DNA of 24,000 nt from contig BEHD01000013.1 in NCBI GenBank assembly GCA_002898355.1, positions 39,424 through 63,423 on the forward strand. Direction: 5' to 3'. Both the position numbers and the translations under genes were made by a program. The stretch comes from an archaeon HR01. GTDB taxonomy: Archaea; Thermoproteota; Nitrososphaeria_A; Caldarchaeales; Caldarchaeaceae. Positions 9,053 through 16,245 of the stretch are shown here, one piece after another. The stretch's first letter is position 1. Every line of letters starts with the position of its first letter. Below the pieces are notes generated by a model. The model worked only from the letters and a program-made list of their open reading frames with translations, was not told the DNA's origin and made no database searches.

Positions 9053-10392
9053 AGGGATGGCTTCATCGTAGGCTCTGCCCCAAGTTTCGTGTCTGATATC
9101 TTCCGGAGGGCGTTCTCATAAGCCTCTATAATCCTTCTTATCTCTTCATCTCCGTGGCTGAAAGTGATTCCATGGTGGAAGAGCTTATAGGGTAGGTAGA
9201 AGACACCGTCGGCTAGCAGGCTCTCCCTGAAGAGTTTATAGGCAGAATCGTTTGCCTTCACCGCGTCTCTGTAGTTGTAGACAGGCCTATCTATGAAATA
9301 GTTTTGAAACTGTCCAGCCAGTCCCTGCGCCCTTGCAGCCACATTCAGCTCAGCAGCCATCTCATTGAACCTTCTCACCAAGAAATCTGTCTTCTCATGT
9401 AGATGGCTTGGGACATCTCTCTTCACTATCTCGGATATTGTGGCCTCGGCGGCGGCAAGAGCTAGCTGGTATCCATTGAATGTTCCCGAGTAGGAGACCC
9501 TACCAGTAACAGGGGCCGAGATATTCATCACATCTTCAACACCGGCCACTGCGCTTAGTGGAAAGCCGTTGGACATGGCTTTGCCTAGTGTGGTGATGTC
9601 TGGCCTCACCCCATAGTATTGCTGGGCGCCTCCAGGAGACGGTCTAAAACCCGATATTATCTCATCAAAAATAAGAAGCACATTGTATCTCTCGGTCAAC
9701 TCCCTAATCTCCCTGAGATATCCATCTCTAGGAGGTATGACACCCATACCATGAGCCACAGGCTCCAACAAGACACATGCTATATCGTGATGCCTCTTTC
9801 TCAGAAGCTTCTCCAGCACTTCAGAGTCGTTGTAGGGAACCACCAGAGTCTTCTCAACACCATCCATCAAACCCTTGGTCTCTACGACGGTTTTTGGCTC
9901 TTCATACTGTCCCGCATCCTCTAAGGATGGGAAGAGGCTTACGTGGACGGGGTCATACCATCCATGATATTCTCCCTCACACTTGACAATCCACTGCCTG
10001 CCTGTGTATCCTTTAGCTATTGTGACAGCTTTAGCTACAGCCTCGCTTCCTGTACATGCGAACCTAACCACCTCCGCCGAAGGCACTATATCATGGATAA
10101 GCTTAGCTACTCTGTAAGCCAGCTCCGTCTCGTAGGATGTGGTTATACCTGACTCGAGGGCTGCCTCCACAGCCTCCAAGACCGTTGGATACTGGTATCC
10201 TAGGATGACGCCACTATGGCTTATGACGCAGTCGATATACTTGTTCCCGTCTATATCCCAGATGTAAGGGCCCTCAGCCCTGCGGAAGTAGATTGGGTGG
10301 GGTGGATAAAATCTAAGATTGGAGTTTACGCCGCCGGGTATTATTTTAGACACTTTGTTGAAGTGCTCCCACGAACGGTTCAGCCCTACCAT
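9049..10392 (-). CDS. Class-III PLP-dependent aminotransferase, glutamate-1-semialdehyde 2,1-aminomutase-like
   Basis: IIPGGVNSNLRF..P.PIYFRRAEGPYIWDIDGNKYIDC matches the HemL-like N-terminus. DEIISGFR and TTLGKAMSNGFPLSA carry the PLP-lysine region. I chose the start at ATG 10392 (M34 of the track ORF), which clears the upstream THUMP stop at 10418. Confidence 0.8.
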   Translation of the reverse strand: MVGLNRSWEHFNKVSKIIPGGVNSNLRFYPPHPIYFRRAEGPYIWDIDGNKYIDCVISHSGVILGYQYPTVLEAVEAALESGITTSYETELAYRVAKLIHDIVPSAEVVRFACTGSEAVAKAVTIAKGYTGRQWIVKCEGEYHGWYDPVHVSLFPSLEDAGQYEEPKTVVETKGLMDGVEKTLVVPYNDSEVLEKLLRKRHHDIACVLLEPVAHGMGVIPPRDGYLREIRELTERYNVLLIFDEIISGFRPSPGGAQQYYGVRPDITTLGKAMSNGFPLSAVAGVEDVMNISAPVTGRVSYSGTFNGYQLALAAAEATISEIVKRDVPSHLHEKTDFLVRRFNEMAAELNVAARAQGLAGQFQNYFIDRPVYNYRDAVKANDSAYKLFRESLLADGVFYLPYKLFHHGITFSHGDEEIRRIIEAYENALRKISDTKLGAEPTMKPSL

Positions 10393-10417
10393 GCACTTAT
10401 GAGTGTGGACGTGTCTA

Positions 10418-10936
10418 TTAAGATGATTGCTTGAAGGCGTGGAATATCTGCCCTGGCCGCAGGACCGATATGCCTGACACCTCACCCACAACCTCCACTA
10501 GTATAATCCAGTCTGGGTTCTCCAAATCCACCCTCCTGTCAACCCTAGCCGCCACCGCCTTGACTATCTCCATACTGTGGATAGTTGTTCTCCTCTTCTC
10601 CACCGTCACCCGGAAGGACTCGTCAACACCTATCTTACCCTTCAACCTCTCAACACATTCAGCTATCTTTACCGGGTCGGTATCGGTCAACACCTCTATC
10701 GGTATAACCCTTATCAGATATCTAACGCTTAAGGGGTCATCACGAAATTTTGAGGCTATCCCAGAGACTACGTCGAAAGGATTCAGAGATGTCTGGGCCA
10801 GCACAAGCCCTGCCAGAGAAACAGTCACGGCGTCGGCAGCCTCATCACCCATCAGATACAAGAGATCCAGAAGCTCCCTCCTAGCCCTCCTCTCGGCTCC
10901 CCTATCCGTGGTGGCTATGAGGTTGAAGGCTATCAT
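10418..10936 (-). CDS. Small THUMP-domain protein (putative RNA-binding)
   Basis: 172 aa. The N-terminus FNLIATTDRGAERRARRELLDLL and the overall size resemble stand-alone archaeal THUMP proteins. This is a motif-level call only. Confidence 0.5.
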   Translation of the reverse strand: MIAFNLIATTDRGAERRARRELLDLLYLMGDEAADAVTVSLAGLVLAQTSLNPFDVVSGIASKFRDDPLSVRYLIRVIPIEVLTDTDPVKIAECVERLKGKIGVDESFRVTVEKRRTTIHSMEIVKAVAARVDRRVDLENPDWIILVEVVGEVSGISVLRPGQIFHAFKQSS

Positions 10937-11020
10937 ACCCTACCACTAAGACGTCATACCTCCTTAATAATTGTCGGATGCCGCCTATGCTATAGATATG
11001 CCATCCTAGGAAAGTTCTTC

Positions 11021-11036
11021 ATTTAAAACTATATAG
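11021..11036 (+). promoter_or_regulatory. TATA-like box upstream of the UbiD-family gene
   Basis: atttaaaactatatag lies about 30-40 nt upstream of the TTG start at 11063. Confidence 0.35.
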
Positions 11037-11062
11037 CCGTCACAGCCGCATAACATGGAGCC

Positions 11063-12595
11063 TTGGCAGAAACCCTCGGTGGATGGCTTAGAAAACTGGA
11101 GGAGAACAACCTATTACAGCGTATCAGCCAGCCAGTATCGATTCATGAAGTGGCTGACATCATCTCCAGAAACTATATGAAGGCTACACTTATTGAGAGA
11201 ATAGACGGTTATGATATTCCTCTGGCGGCCAACATCGCCTCCAACAGGAAGATGATAGCCTTGGCCTTGGGTGTGGGAGAGGATGAGGTTGTTGGGGAGC
11301 TGGAGAGGAGAACGCAGAGGAGGATACCGCCTGTCCTGGTGGATGATGGGCCGTGTAAAGAAGTTGTGAAGACGGGAGATGATGTGGACCTCACGGTCTT
11401 CCCCCTACACCTGCAGCACGAGCTAGATGCCGCACCCTACATCACGGCCTCTGTGGCAATAGCTAAAGACCCGGAGAGGGGTGTGTATAACCTTGGAATC
11501 TATAGGATGATGCTTAGAACAAGCCGGGAGACAGGGGTTGATGTAACAGCACCCCACAAGCTAAGGGCCTACTATCAGAGGGCTCTGGAGATGGGCAAGC
11601 CCCTAGAGGTGGCCGTGGTGGTAGGCCTCCCCACAATAGATCTTCTGGGCTCTCTTATCTCCTCGCCCTATGACGTGGATGAGTATGAGGTCTTGGGCGG
11701 CATCCGCGGAGAGCCTGTGGAGCTGGTAAAATGCGAGACAATAGACGTATACGTTCCATCCAATGCCGAGATTGTTCTGGAGTGTGAAATGCCTCCAATA
11801 GGGTGGACGGTGGATGAGGGGCCTTACGGGGAATTCACAGGCACCTATGGCGGGCTAAAGATGAACCCGGTGATGCGGGTTAAGGCGATAACCCACCGCC
11901 GTAACCCCATTTTTCTCTCAGCCACCCATGGTGGTAGAAGGCCGGGCCGGACAGACCTTCACCTACTTTTCCCCATCATTGAGCTAGACCTTTACAGAGC
12001 CCTCAGACAGGCGGGAATAGATGTGAGGGGGATAAGGCTTCATCCAGGTGGCGCCGGAATGTGGGCTATTGCCAGCATTAGGCCAAGGGCGCCTGGCGAC
12101 TCTAAGACAGCGCTGGCCCTTCTGCTTACGGCGTCGAGACAGGCGTTCCCAAAATACGCTGTTGTGGTGGATGAGGATATAGACATCTATGATGATGAGC
12201 AGGTGGTGTGGGCTATGACGTATAGAGCCCAGCCGTCCGAGGACATCCTCATCCTTGACGGCCTCAAGGCCATCCCGCTGGACCCCTCTCTCCCATCTGA
12301 TATGCCGCCAGTCACAACATCCAAGATGGGTTTCGACGCCACCATACCTGTAGACCGGCCGAGACAGAGGTTTGAGCCATGCCTACCACCCAAACCAATA
12401 ACAGAAGACCGAAAACAAGAGGTATCGGAAGAGGACCTTCTAAAAATGCTGGATAAGCCAAGATACTTAGCAGAGCTGGCCCGGAATTATACAGGCACTG
12501 CCTACCGTAAATTCCTCAAAACAATGGCAAATCTCAGGGAGAGAAACCTCATAGCCCGAGACCAGCAGGGCAGATATGTGAGGAAACAGGGATAG
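11063..12595 (+). CDS. UbiD-family (prFMN-dependent) decarboxylase with a C-terminal extension of about 65 aa
   Basis: 510 aa. The UbiD hallmark EGPYGEFTGTYGG is present, with core similarity throughout (..NLGIYRMM.., ..GFDATIP..). The tail EEDLLKMLDKPRYLAELARNYTG..LRERNLIARDQQGRYVRK looks winged-helix-like. Confidence 0.85.
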   Translation: MAETLGGWLRKLEENNLLQRISQPVSIHEVADIISRNYMKATLIERIDGYDIPLAANIASNRKMIALALGVGEDEVVGELERRTQRRIPPVLVDDGPCKEVVKTGDDVDLTVFPLHLQHELDAAPYITASVAIAKDPERGVYNLGIYRMMLRTSRETGVDVTAPHKLRAYYQRALEMGKPLEVAVVVGLPTIDLLGSLISSPYDVDEYEVLGGIRGEPVELVKCETIDVYVPSNAEIVLECEMPPIGWTVDEGPYGEFTGTYGGLKMNPVMRVKAITHRRNPIFLSATHGGRRPGRTDLHLLFPIIELDLYRALRQAGIDVRGIRLHPGGAGMWAIASIRPRAPGDSKTALALLLTASRQAFPKYAVVVDEDIDIYDDEQVVWAMTYRAQPSEDILILDGLKAIPLDPSLPSDMPPVTTSKMGFDATIPVDRPRQRFEPCLPPKPITEDRKQEVSEEDLLKMLDKPRYLAELARNYTGTAYRKFLKTMANLRERNLIARDQQGRYVRKQG

Positions 12596-12874
12596 CGTCA
12601 TCCCCCTCTTTTCTGGATGGCATCTTGGTGTTGAGGTTGGTGATAATCAAATGCTTGCTAACAGGAATCGCAGCCGACATGGCGTTCGGATAGCCATGGC
12701 TTGTGAAAGGGGGGCTTGACGTATATAAGTTGGCTTTAATGGGGTTTCCTCTGGTGCTGTTCTGTTGATGCCTCCAGCCGGCCACCCCATTTTCTCCTCT
12801 CCACTATTCTTCGGGATGGCATTCACGGTCCGCCATACATATAACTTGGCTCGGTCGTGTGTGTAGGTGATGCT

Positions 12875-13855
12875 ATGGCCGTTTCTAGGGTGAAGTTTGC
12901 GATTCCGAAAGGCTCCCTCGAGGCCGCTACATTGGATATACTGTCTAGGGCTATGCTCAAACTCCATGGTGCAGACAGGACATACAGGCCTGTTGTGGAC
13001 GACCCGCTCCTTGAAGTGAAGATTTTAAGGCCTCAGGAGATACCTGTTCTCGTCGAGTCCGGCGCCTACGATATAGGGATTACTGGGCTGGACTGGGTGA
13101 GGGAGACAGGTGCCGATGTGCTTGAGCTGATGGACCTTGAGTATGGACGTGTGCAGCTGGTGGTGGCAGAGCCCAACACCAAGAACCATCAGTCGCTGGC
13201 CGAAATCATAATGGACCATCCCAGCCTCAAGATATCTACAGAATATCTTAACACCACCTTAAAACATGTCATGGCCAACCCTGTATATAGACGGCTTTAC
13301 GGCAGCCTCCAACCCATGGTTGTTACGCCTTGGTGGACGAGGGGTGAGAATGAGAAGGTGAAGATATTTCTAAGTTTTGGAGCTACCGAGGCTAAGCCTC
13401 CCGAGGACGCCGACATTATAGTGGACGCATCCCAGACAGGTATTACGCTGGAGAAGAACAACCTAAGGGTTGTGGAGGTTATAGGCGAGTCTACGGCCCG
13501 GCTTATAGCCAACCGGGAATCCTACAAGGATGCCGAGAAGAGGGAGAAGATACTGGATATAGTGACGCTTCTGAGGGGTGTTGTGGAGAGCGGCAAGAAG
13601 CTTCATGTTTTTGCCAACGTTAGAGAGGAGAATCTATCCCAGCTACTCACGCTTCTCCCCAGCCTGAAAAGCCCTACCATCAGCCCGCTCTCGGTTAAGG
13701 GATGGTACGCTATAAACACGGTGATACCTAAAGGAGAGCTTCTCAAGATATTACCCACACTGAGAAGGCTAGCCCAAGGCCTTGTCATACATGAGCCACA
13801 ACTCATCCTACCCCTGGAAGACATTGTGAAAGAGAGCGAGAAGAACAACCCCTGA
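12875..13855 (+). CDS. hisG: ATP phosphoribosyltransferase
   Basis: FAIPKGSLEAATLDIL...RPQEIPVLVESGAYDIGITGLDWVRE...FGATEAKPPEDADIIVDASQTGITLEKNNL matches the HisG pattern. The ATG at 12875 is preceded by aGGTGA (12865-12870). Confidence 0.8.
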   Translation: MAVSRVKFAIPKGSLEAATLDILSRAMLKLHGADRTYRPVVDDPLLEVKILRPQEIPVLVESGAYDIGITGLDWVRETGADVLELMDLEYGRVQLVVAEPNTKNHQSLAEIIMDHPSLKISTEYLNTTLKHVMANPVYRRLYGSLQPMVVTPWWTRGENEKVKIFLSFGATEAKPPEDADIIVDASQTGITLEKNNLRVVEVIGESTARLIANRESYKDAEKREKILDIVTLLRGVVESGKKLHVFANVREENLSQLLTLLPSLKSPTISPLSVKGWYAINTVIPKGELLKILPTLRRLAQGLVIHEPQLILPLEDIVKESEKNNP

Positions 13856-14041
13856 ATAGTATAGCGTCTTTGGAGGCATCAGCAGGCATATCAACAAGTT
13901 GAAGATGAAAAATAGCGACGTACAAAATAGGGGAGTTGCCGAATCTAATTTTTCCATTTTTTGCCCTAAATCTGAGGTCAGCATCACCATCGGCTGAACC
14001 TCCACCACATTCCGTTTCCTTGGGTATGTTGGAATAATGTG

Positions 14042-14133
14042 TGCGGCCGCCGGGATTTGAACCCGGGATCCCCAGCGTGGCAGGCTGGTAACAGGTATTA
14101 TGCTATGTCCTGACCAGACTAGACTACGGCCGC
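14042..14133 (-). tRNA. tRNA-Gly (anticodon GCC) with a 17-nt non-canonical intron; CCA not encoded
   Basis: The reverse complement folds as follows. Acceptor stem GCGGCCG/CGGCCGC. D-arm GTCT-AGTCTGGTCA-GGAC. Anticodon arm CCAGC-CTGCCAC-GCTGG (U33, GCC, A37). Variable loop GGATC. T-arm CCGGG-TTCAAAT-CCCGG. Discriminator A. The mature length is 75 nt after removing the 17 nt inserted between the D-arm and the anticodon stem. Confidence 0.9.
14090..14106 (-). other. tRNA intron at a non-canonical position (about 25/26), relaxed bulge-helix-bulge
   Basis: The intron is ATAGCATAATACCTGTT. CAGG (5' exon) pairs with CCTG (intron) as the 4-bp central helix. This helix is flanked by ACA and TTA bulges, and CTGG/CCAG forms the outer helix. 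Cutting after the 2nd nt of each bulge regenerates GGAC-A-CCAGC. Confidence 0.7.
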
Positions 14134-14158
14134 ACACCATGCGTCATATGATTGGAGG

Positions 14159-14170
14159 TTTTTAAATATT
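14159..14170 (-). promoter_or_regulatory. TATA box of the tRNA-Gly gene
   Basis: The minus strand reads aatatttaaaaa, centred about 29 nt upstream of the mature tRNA 5' end (14133). Confidence 0.55.
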
Positions 14171-14241
14171 CATCTTCGTAGGAATATAAATAACTACATG
14201 CTCCAAGCGCTTCTACCTACCGTAGCAGATATCCCTCTTTA

Positions 14242-14562
14242 TCATCCTCGTCTCCTCATGGTTGAATAGGCGGCCAACACCGCTAGAAAGACCAAGGCGA
14301 CGCCGGCTGCGATGAAGGGGTTCACTATGTTGGAGGCTGCTAGGCCGACCCCGATGACCAGTGATATCCCGCCCCATAGGATGTAGTAGAGCTGGTCCTT
14401 AGAGGAGGCTCCGTACACGGCCGTATATATCCCGAATATCGAGAGGACCAGGCCCAGAGCCGTTAGAGGTTCGACAGACACAGCTCCAGACCCTCCCAAG
14501 ATGAGGAGTGCCCCAGCTGAGACTAGTATGGTGACAAGGGCTCCGGCTCCATACTTTATCAT
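14242..14562 (-). CDS. Small 4-TM membrane protein (last gene of the Zn-ribbon/SPFH cluster)
   Basis: 106 aa from ATG 14562, which overlaps the upstream stop as ATGA. Four hydrophobic helices (GAGALVTILVSAGALLILGG, LTALGLVLSIFGIYTAVYG, LYYILWGGISLVIGVGLAA, FIAAGVALVFLAVLAAY) and a basic C-terminus, RRRG. Confidence 0.6.
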   Translation of the reverse strand: MIKYGAGALVTILVSAGALLILGGSGAVSVEPLTALGLVLSIFGIYTAVYGASSKDQLYYILWGGISLVIGVGLAASNIVNPFIAAGVALVFLAVLAAYSTMRRRG

Positions 14563-15584
14563 GATATCTGGGCACCGCATTCGGGGCAGAATTTGGCGCC
14601 CGGCTGTACTGGATGACCGTTAGGGCATGTGGAAGCCATCTTTGCACCGCACTCTGGGCAGAACTTGTACCCCTGAGGTACTTCATGGCCGTTGGGGCAT
14701 CTCACCGTCGGCAGCTGTGGTGTTATCGGCTTGCCGCAGCTCCCGCAGTATCTGACACCTTGTGGGTTTTGGAAGCCGCAGTGGGGGCATGCCACAAGGA
14801 CTGTTTGGGCCTGCTGTGCGGGGGGCTGGAAGAGGGGAGGTATCACAGCTATTCCCGCGCCAATGGCCGCACCCTGGCTCTGGGAGAGGGCCTCAGCCGT
14901 CTTGGTGACGGTCTGCATCCTCAGAACCTCAGCCGCCGGCACGCCCTGCCTCAGGAAGAATATCCTATCCCTCCACTCGGAAGTCGTGTCCAACCCCTCA
15001 AACTTGACATCTATCAGCTCAAGCCCTATCCTAGAGAAGGCTGAGCCGACAGCGTTCCTAGCCATGAAGCTGGTCTCATCCAGCTTTCCGTAGACATCCA
15101 CTATGCTGTGCTGGCTCAGCTCGTCGATGAAGGATTGGTTGAAGTATCCCCTGATGAAGTCCTGAAGCTGTTCCGTGGAGTAGGCTCCCTGGGAGCCGAC
15201 CACCTCTTGGACGAAGAGGTTGGGCTCTGCAACCCTGAACCAGAAGCTTCCAAAGAACTTCAGGGGCGCCAGCTCCTTCGTCTGCCCCTGCGAGCCGAAC
15301 TTACCCTGAAACTGCTTGAGCGAGACAAAGATAACTGAGGCTTTGAAAGGCACCCTGTCGAAGCCGGTGAAGGCGGATAACAGCTTGCCTAGGAGGGGTA
15401 GGTTGGCTGTTGTGATAACATGCCTGCCAGCCCTGAAGACATCGTAGGCTTTCCCATCCCTGAGAAAGACCGCAGCCTGCGACTCCTCGACGATTAGGCT
15501 GCTCCCCCACTCTATCTCATCTATAGGATATCTCCATACGATGTCGGAATCTCTAGCACCTGTCCACTGTATAACCTTTGGCAT
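14559..15584 (-). CDS. SPFH-like protein of the YdjI/COG4260 (Band_7_1) type with three C-terminal zinc ribbons
   Basis: The N-terminus VIQWTG..DIVWRYP..EIEWGSSLIVEESQAAVFLRDGKAYDVFRAGRHVITTANLPLL matches my recollection of the YdjI-family pattern. The C-terminus carries CPHCG-x9-YCGSCG plus two CPNGH-x8-FCPECG units. The ATG overlaps the upstream stop as TGATG. Confidence 0.75.
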   Translation of the reverse strand: MPKVIQWTGARDSDIVWRYPIDEIEWGSSLIVEESQAAVFLRDGKAYDVFRAGRHVITTANLPLLGKLLSAFTGFDRVPFKASVIFVSLKQFQGKFGSQGQTKELAPLKFFGSFWFRVAEPNLFVQEVVGSQGAYSTEQLQDFIRGYFNQSFIDELSQHSIVDVYGKLDETSFMARNAVGSAFSRIGLELIDVKFEGLDTTSEWRDRIFFLRQGVPAAEVLRMQTVTKTAEALSQSQGAAIGAGIAVIPPLFQPPAQQAQTVLVACPHCGFQNPQGVRYCGSCGKPITPQLPTVRCPNGHEVPQGYKFCPECGAKMASTCPNGHPVQPGAKFCPECGAQIS

Positions 15585-16093
15585 CAGCCTGTCACCTCCA
15601 CCAGACCCTTCAGTATTCCCGCCCTCACATCTATAAGATGGTCCAGCTCGGCGACTGCGGCCCTCACCTCGTTGAGTTTAGCCCTCCAACCCTCAGAGCC
15701 GGTATCCATGGCTACGAGGTCTGAGACCAACGCCTTGACAGACTCTGCCTTTTCTATAAGCTTGAGGTCGTGGTTCAGCACTTCGTCCAACCTGTCCTCC
15801 CGGACCTTGACCGCGTCGAAGAGTCCAGCATATCCTGAGACGGCCTTGTCGATGCGCTGGGTAGCCCTGTCCAGCTCCGCCCTGAGGTTCTCGAAGGTGA
15901 ATCTGATGTCCTGGTCGTTGGCCAGGGTTCTCGCCGCTGAGGGGGTTAGGGGCCTGTTGAGAATCGATCTACTCTCCATGAGAGCCATGCTTACTCTTCT
16001 CCTGACGAGGATATCGGCCTCCCGCCTCATCTCCTTCTCCTTATACCCCCTATACCCCGGTATGTAGCTGGCTATCCTTTCAAGAAGCCCCAT
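15584..16093 (-). CDS. All-helical, charge-rich protein of unknown function with an amphipathic N-terminus
   Basis: 169 aa from ATG 16093, which is preceded by aGGAGGgag. The track ORF begins at a TTG 27 nt upstream (16120), where I see no RBS. The sequence is rich in heptad-like E/R/K/L/A segments, with no TM helix and no Cys. Confidence 0.6.
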   Translation of the reverse strand: MGLLERIASYIPGYRGYKEKEMRREADILVRRRVSMALMESRSILNRPLTPSAARTLANDQDIRFTFENLRAELDRATQRIDKAVSGYAGLFDAVKVREDRLDEVLNHDLKLIEKAESVKALVSDLVAMDTGSEGWRAKLNEVRAAVAELDHLIDVRAGILKGLVEVTG

Positions 16094-16157
16094 CTCCCTC
16101 CTAATACGCTCAACACTCAACGATTACACTCTCCCCCGGATAAACATCGAGAGGCAT

Positions 16158-16174
16158 CATATAAGTCATATATC
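16158..16174 (-). promoter_or_regulatory. Tandem TATA-like boxes inside the cluster spacer
   Basis: The minus strand reads gatatatgacttatatga (two TATATGA units), 65-80 nt upstream of ATG 16093, in the only sizeable gap of the cluster (125 nt). Confidence 0.3.
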
Positions 16175-16245
16175 GTCTGCGGTCCTCGGTTAACCGTATC
16201 ATGGCTTCTCGATGCAACACCCTAAAATCTGCCATCCTTCCAGTG

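Noticed and set aside
10431-10949. 172-aa plus-strand ORF mirroring the THUMP gene almost exactly
   Set aside because: The translation is S/T-rich and low-complexity (TSPTTSTSII.., SSRNFEAIPETTSKG) with no recognisable motif. The minus-strand product has normal, charged, globular composition and a THUMP-like N-terminus. I treat the plus-strand ORF as an antisense shadow.
12549-12967. Two minus-strand ORFs (78 and 106 aa) in the UbiD-hisG spacer
   Set aside because: They overlap the ends of both flanking genes, have odd composition and have no RBS or TATA in a sensible position.
13856-14041. Possible C/D-box sRNA or structured RNA between hisG and the tRNA (GTGATGC next to CTGA on the minus strand; hairpin GAGGTCAGC-10nt-GCTGAACCTC at 13974-14002)
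   Set aside because: There is only one imperfect C-like box, directly abutting a CTGA, with no guide spacing and no second C'/D' pair. A hairpin alone is not evidence for an RNA gene. It may simply be part of the hisG or tRNA 3' flank, where oligo-T runs at 13948-13962 (+) may serve as the terminator.
14088-14106. Alternative tRNA fold using TAGCA-TAATACC-TGTTA as the anticodon arm (anticodon AUA)
   Set aside because: That loop lacks U33 and a purine at position 37. It would also leave the perfect CCAGC-CUGCCAC-GCUGG arm as an impossible extra arm. The acceptor stem GCG.../discriminator A fits Gly.
13808-14140. 110-aa minus-strand ORF
   Set aside because: It reads straight through the tRNA-Gly gene and the hisG 3' end, so it is an artefact of open frame.
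14613-15338. Plus-strand ORFs of 143, 133 and 76 aa antisense to the SPFH gene; likewise 15672..16067, 16765..17047, 17104..17555 and 17678..18190 antisense to the cluster genes
   Set aside because: The minus-strand products carry clear motifs (SPFH, Zn ribbons, TM hairpins) and coupled start/stop junctions. The plus-strand translations are Cys/Trp/Arg/Ser-rich with no motifs.
16094-16120. TTG start giving MSVERIRRE- as the N-terminus of the helical protein
   Set aside because: I see no RBS upstream of the TTG, whereas GGAGG sits 3-4 nt before ATG 16093. It is kept as a possibility only.
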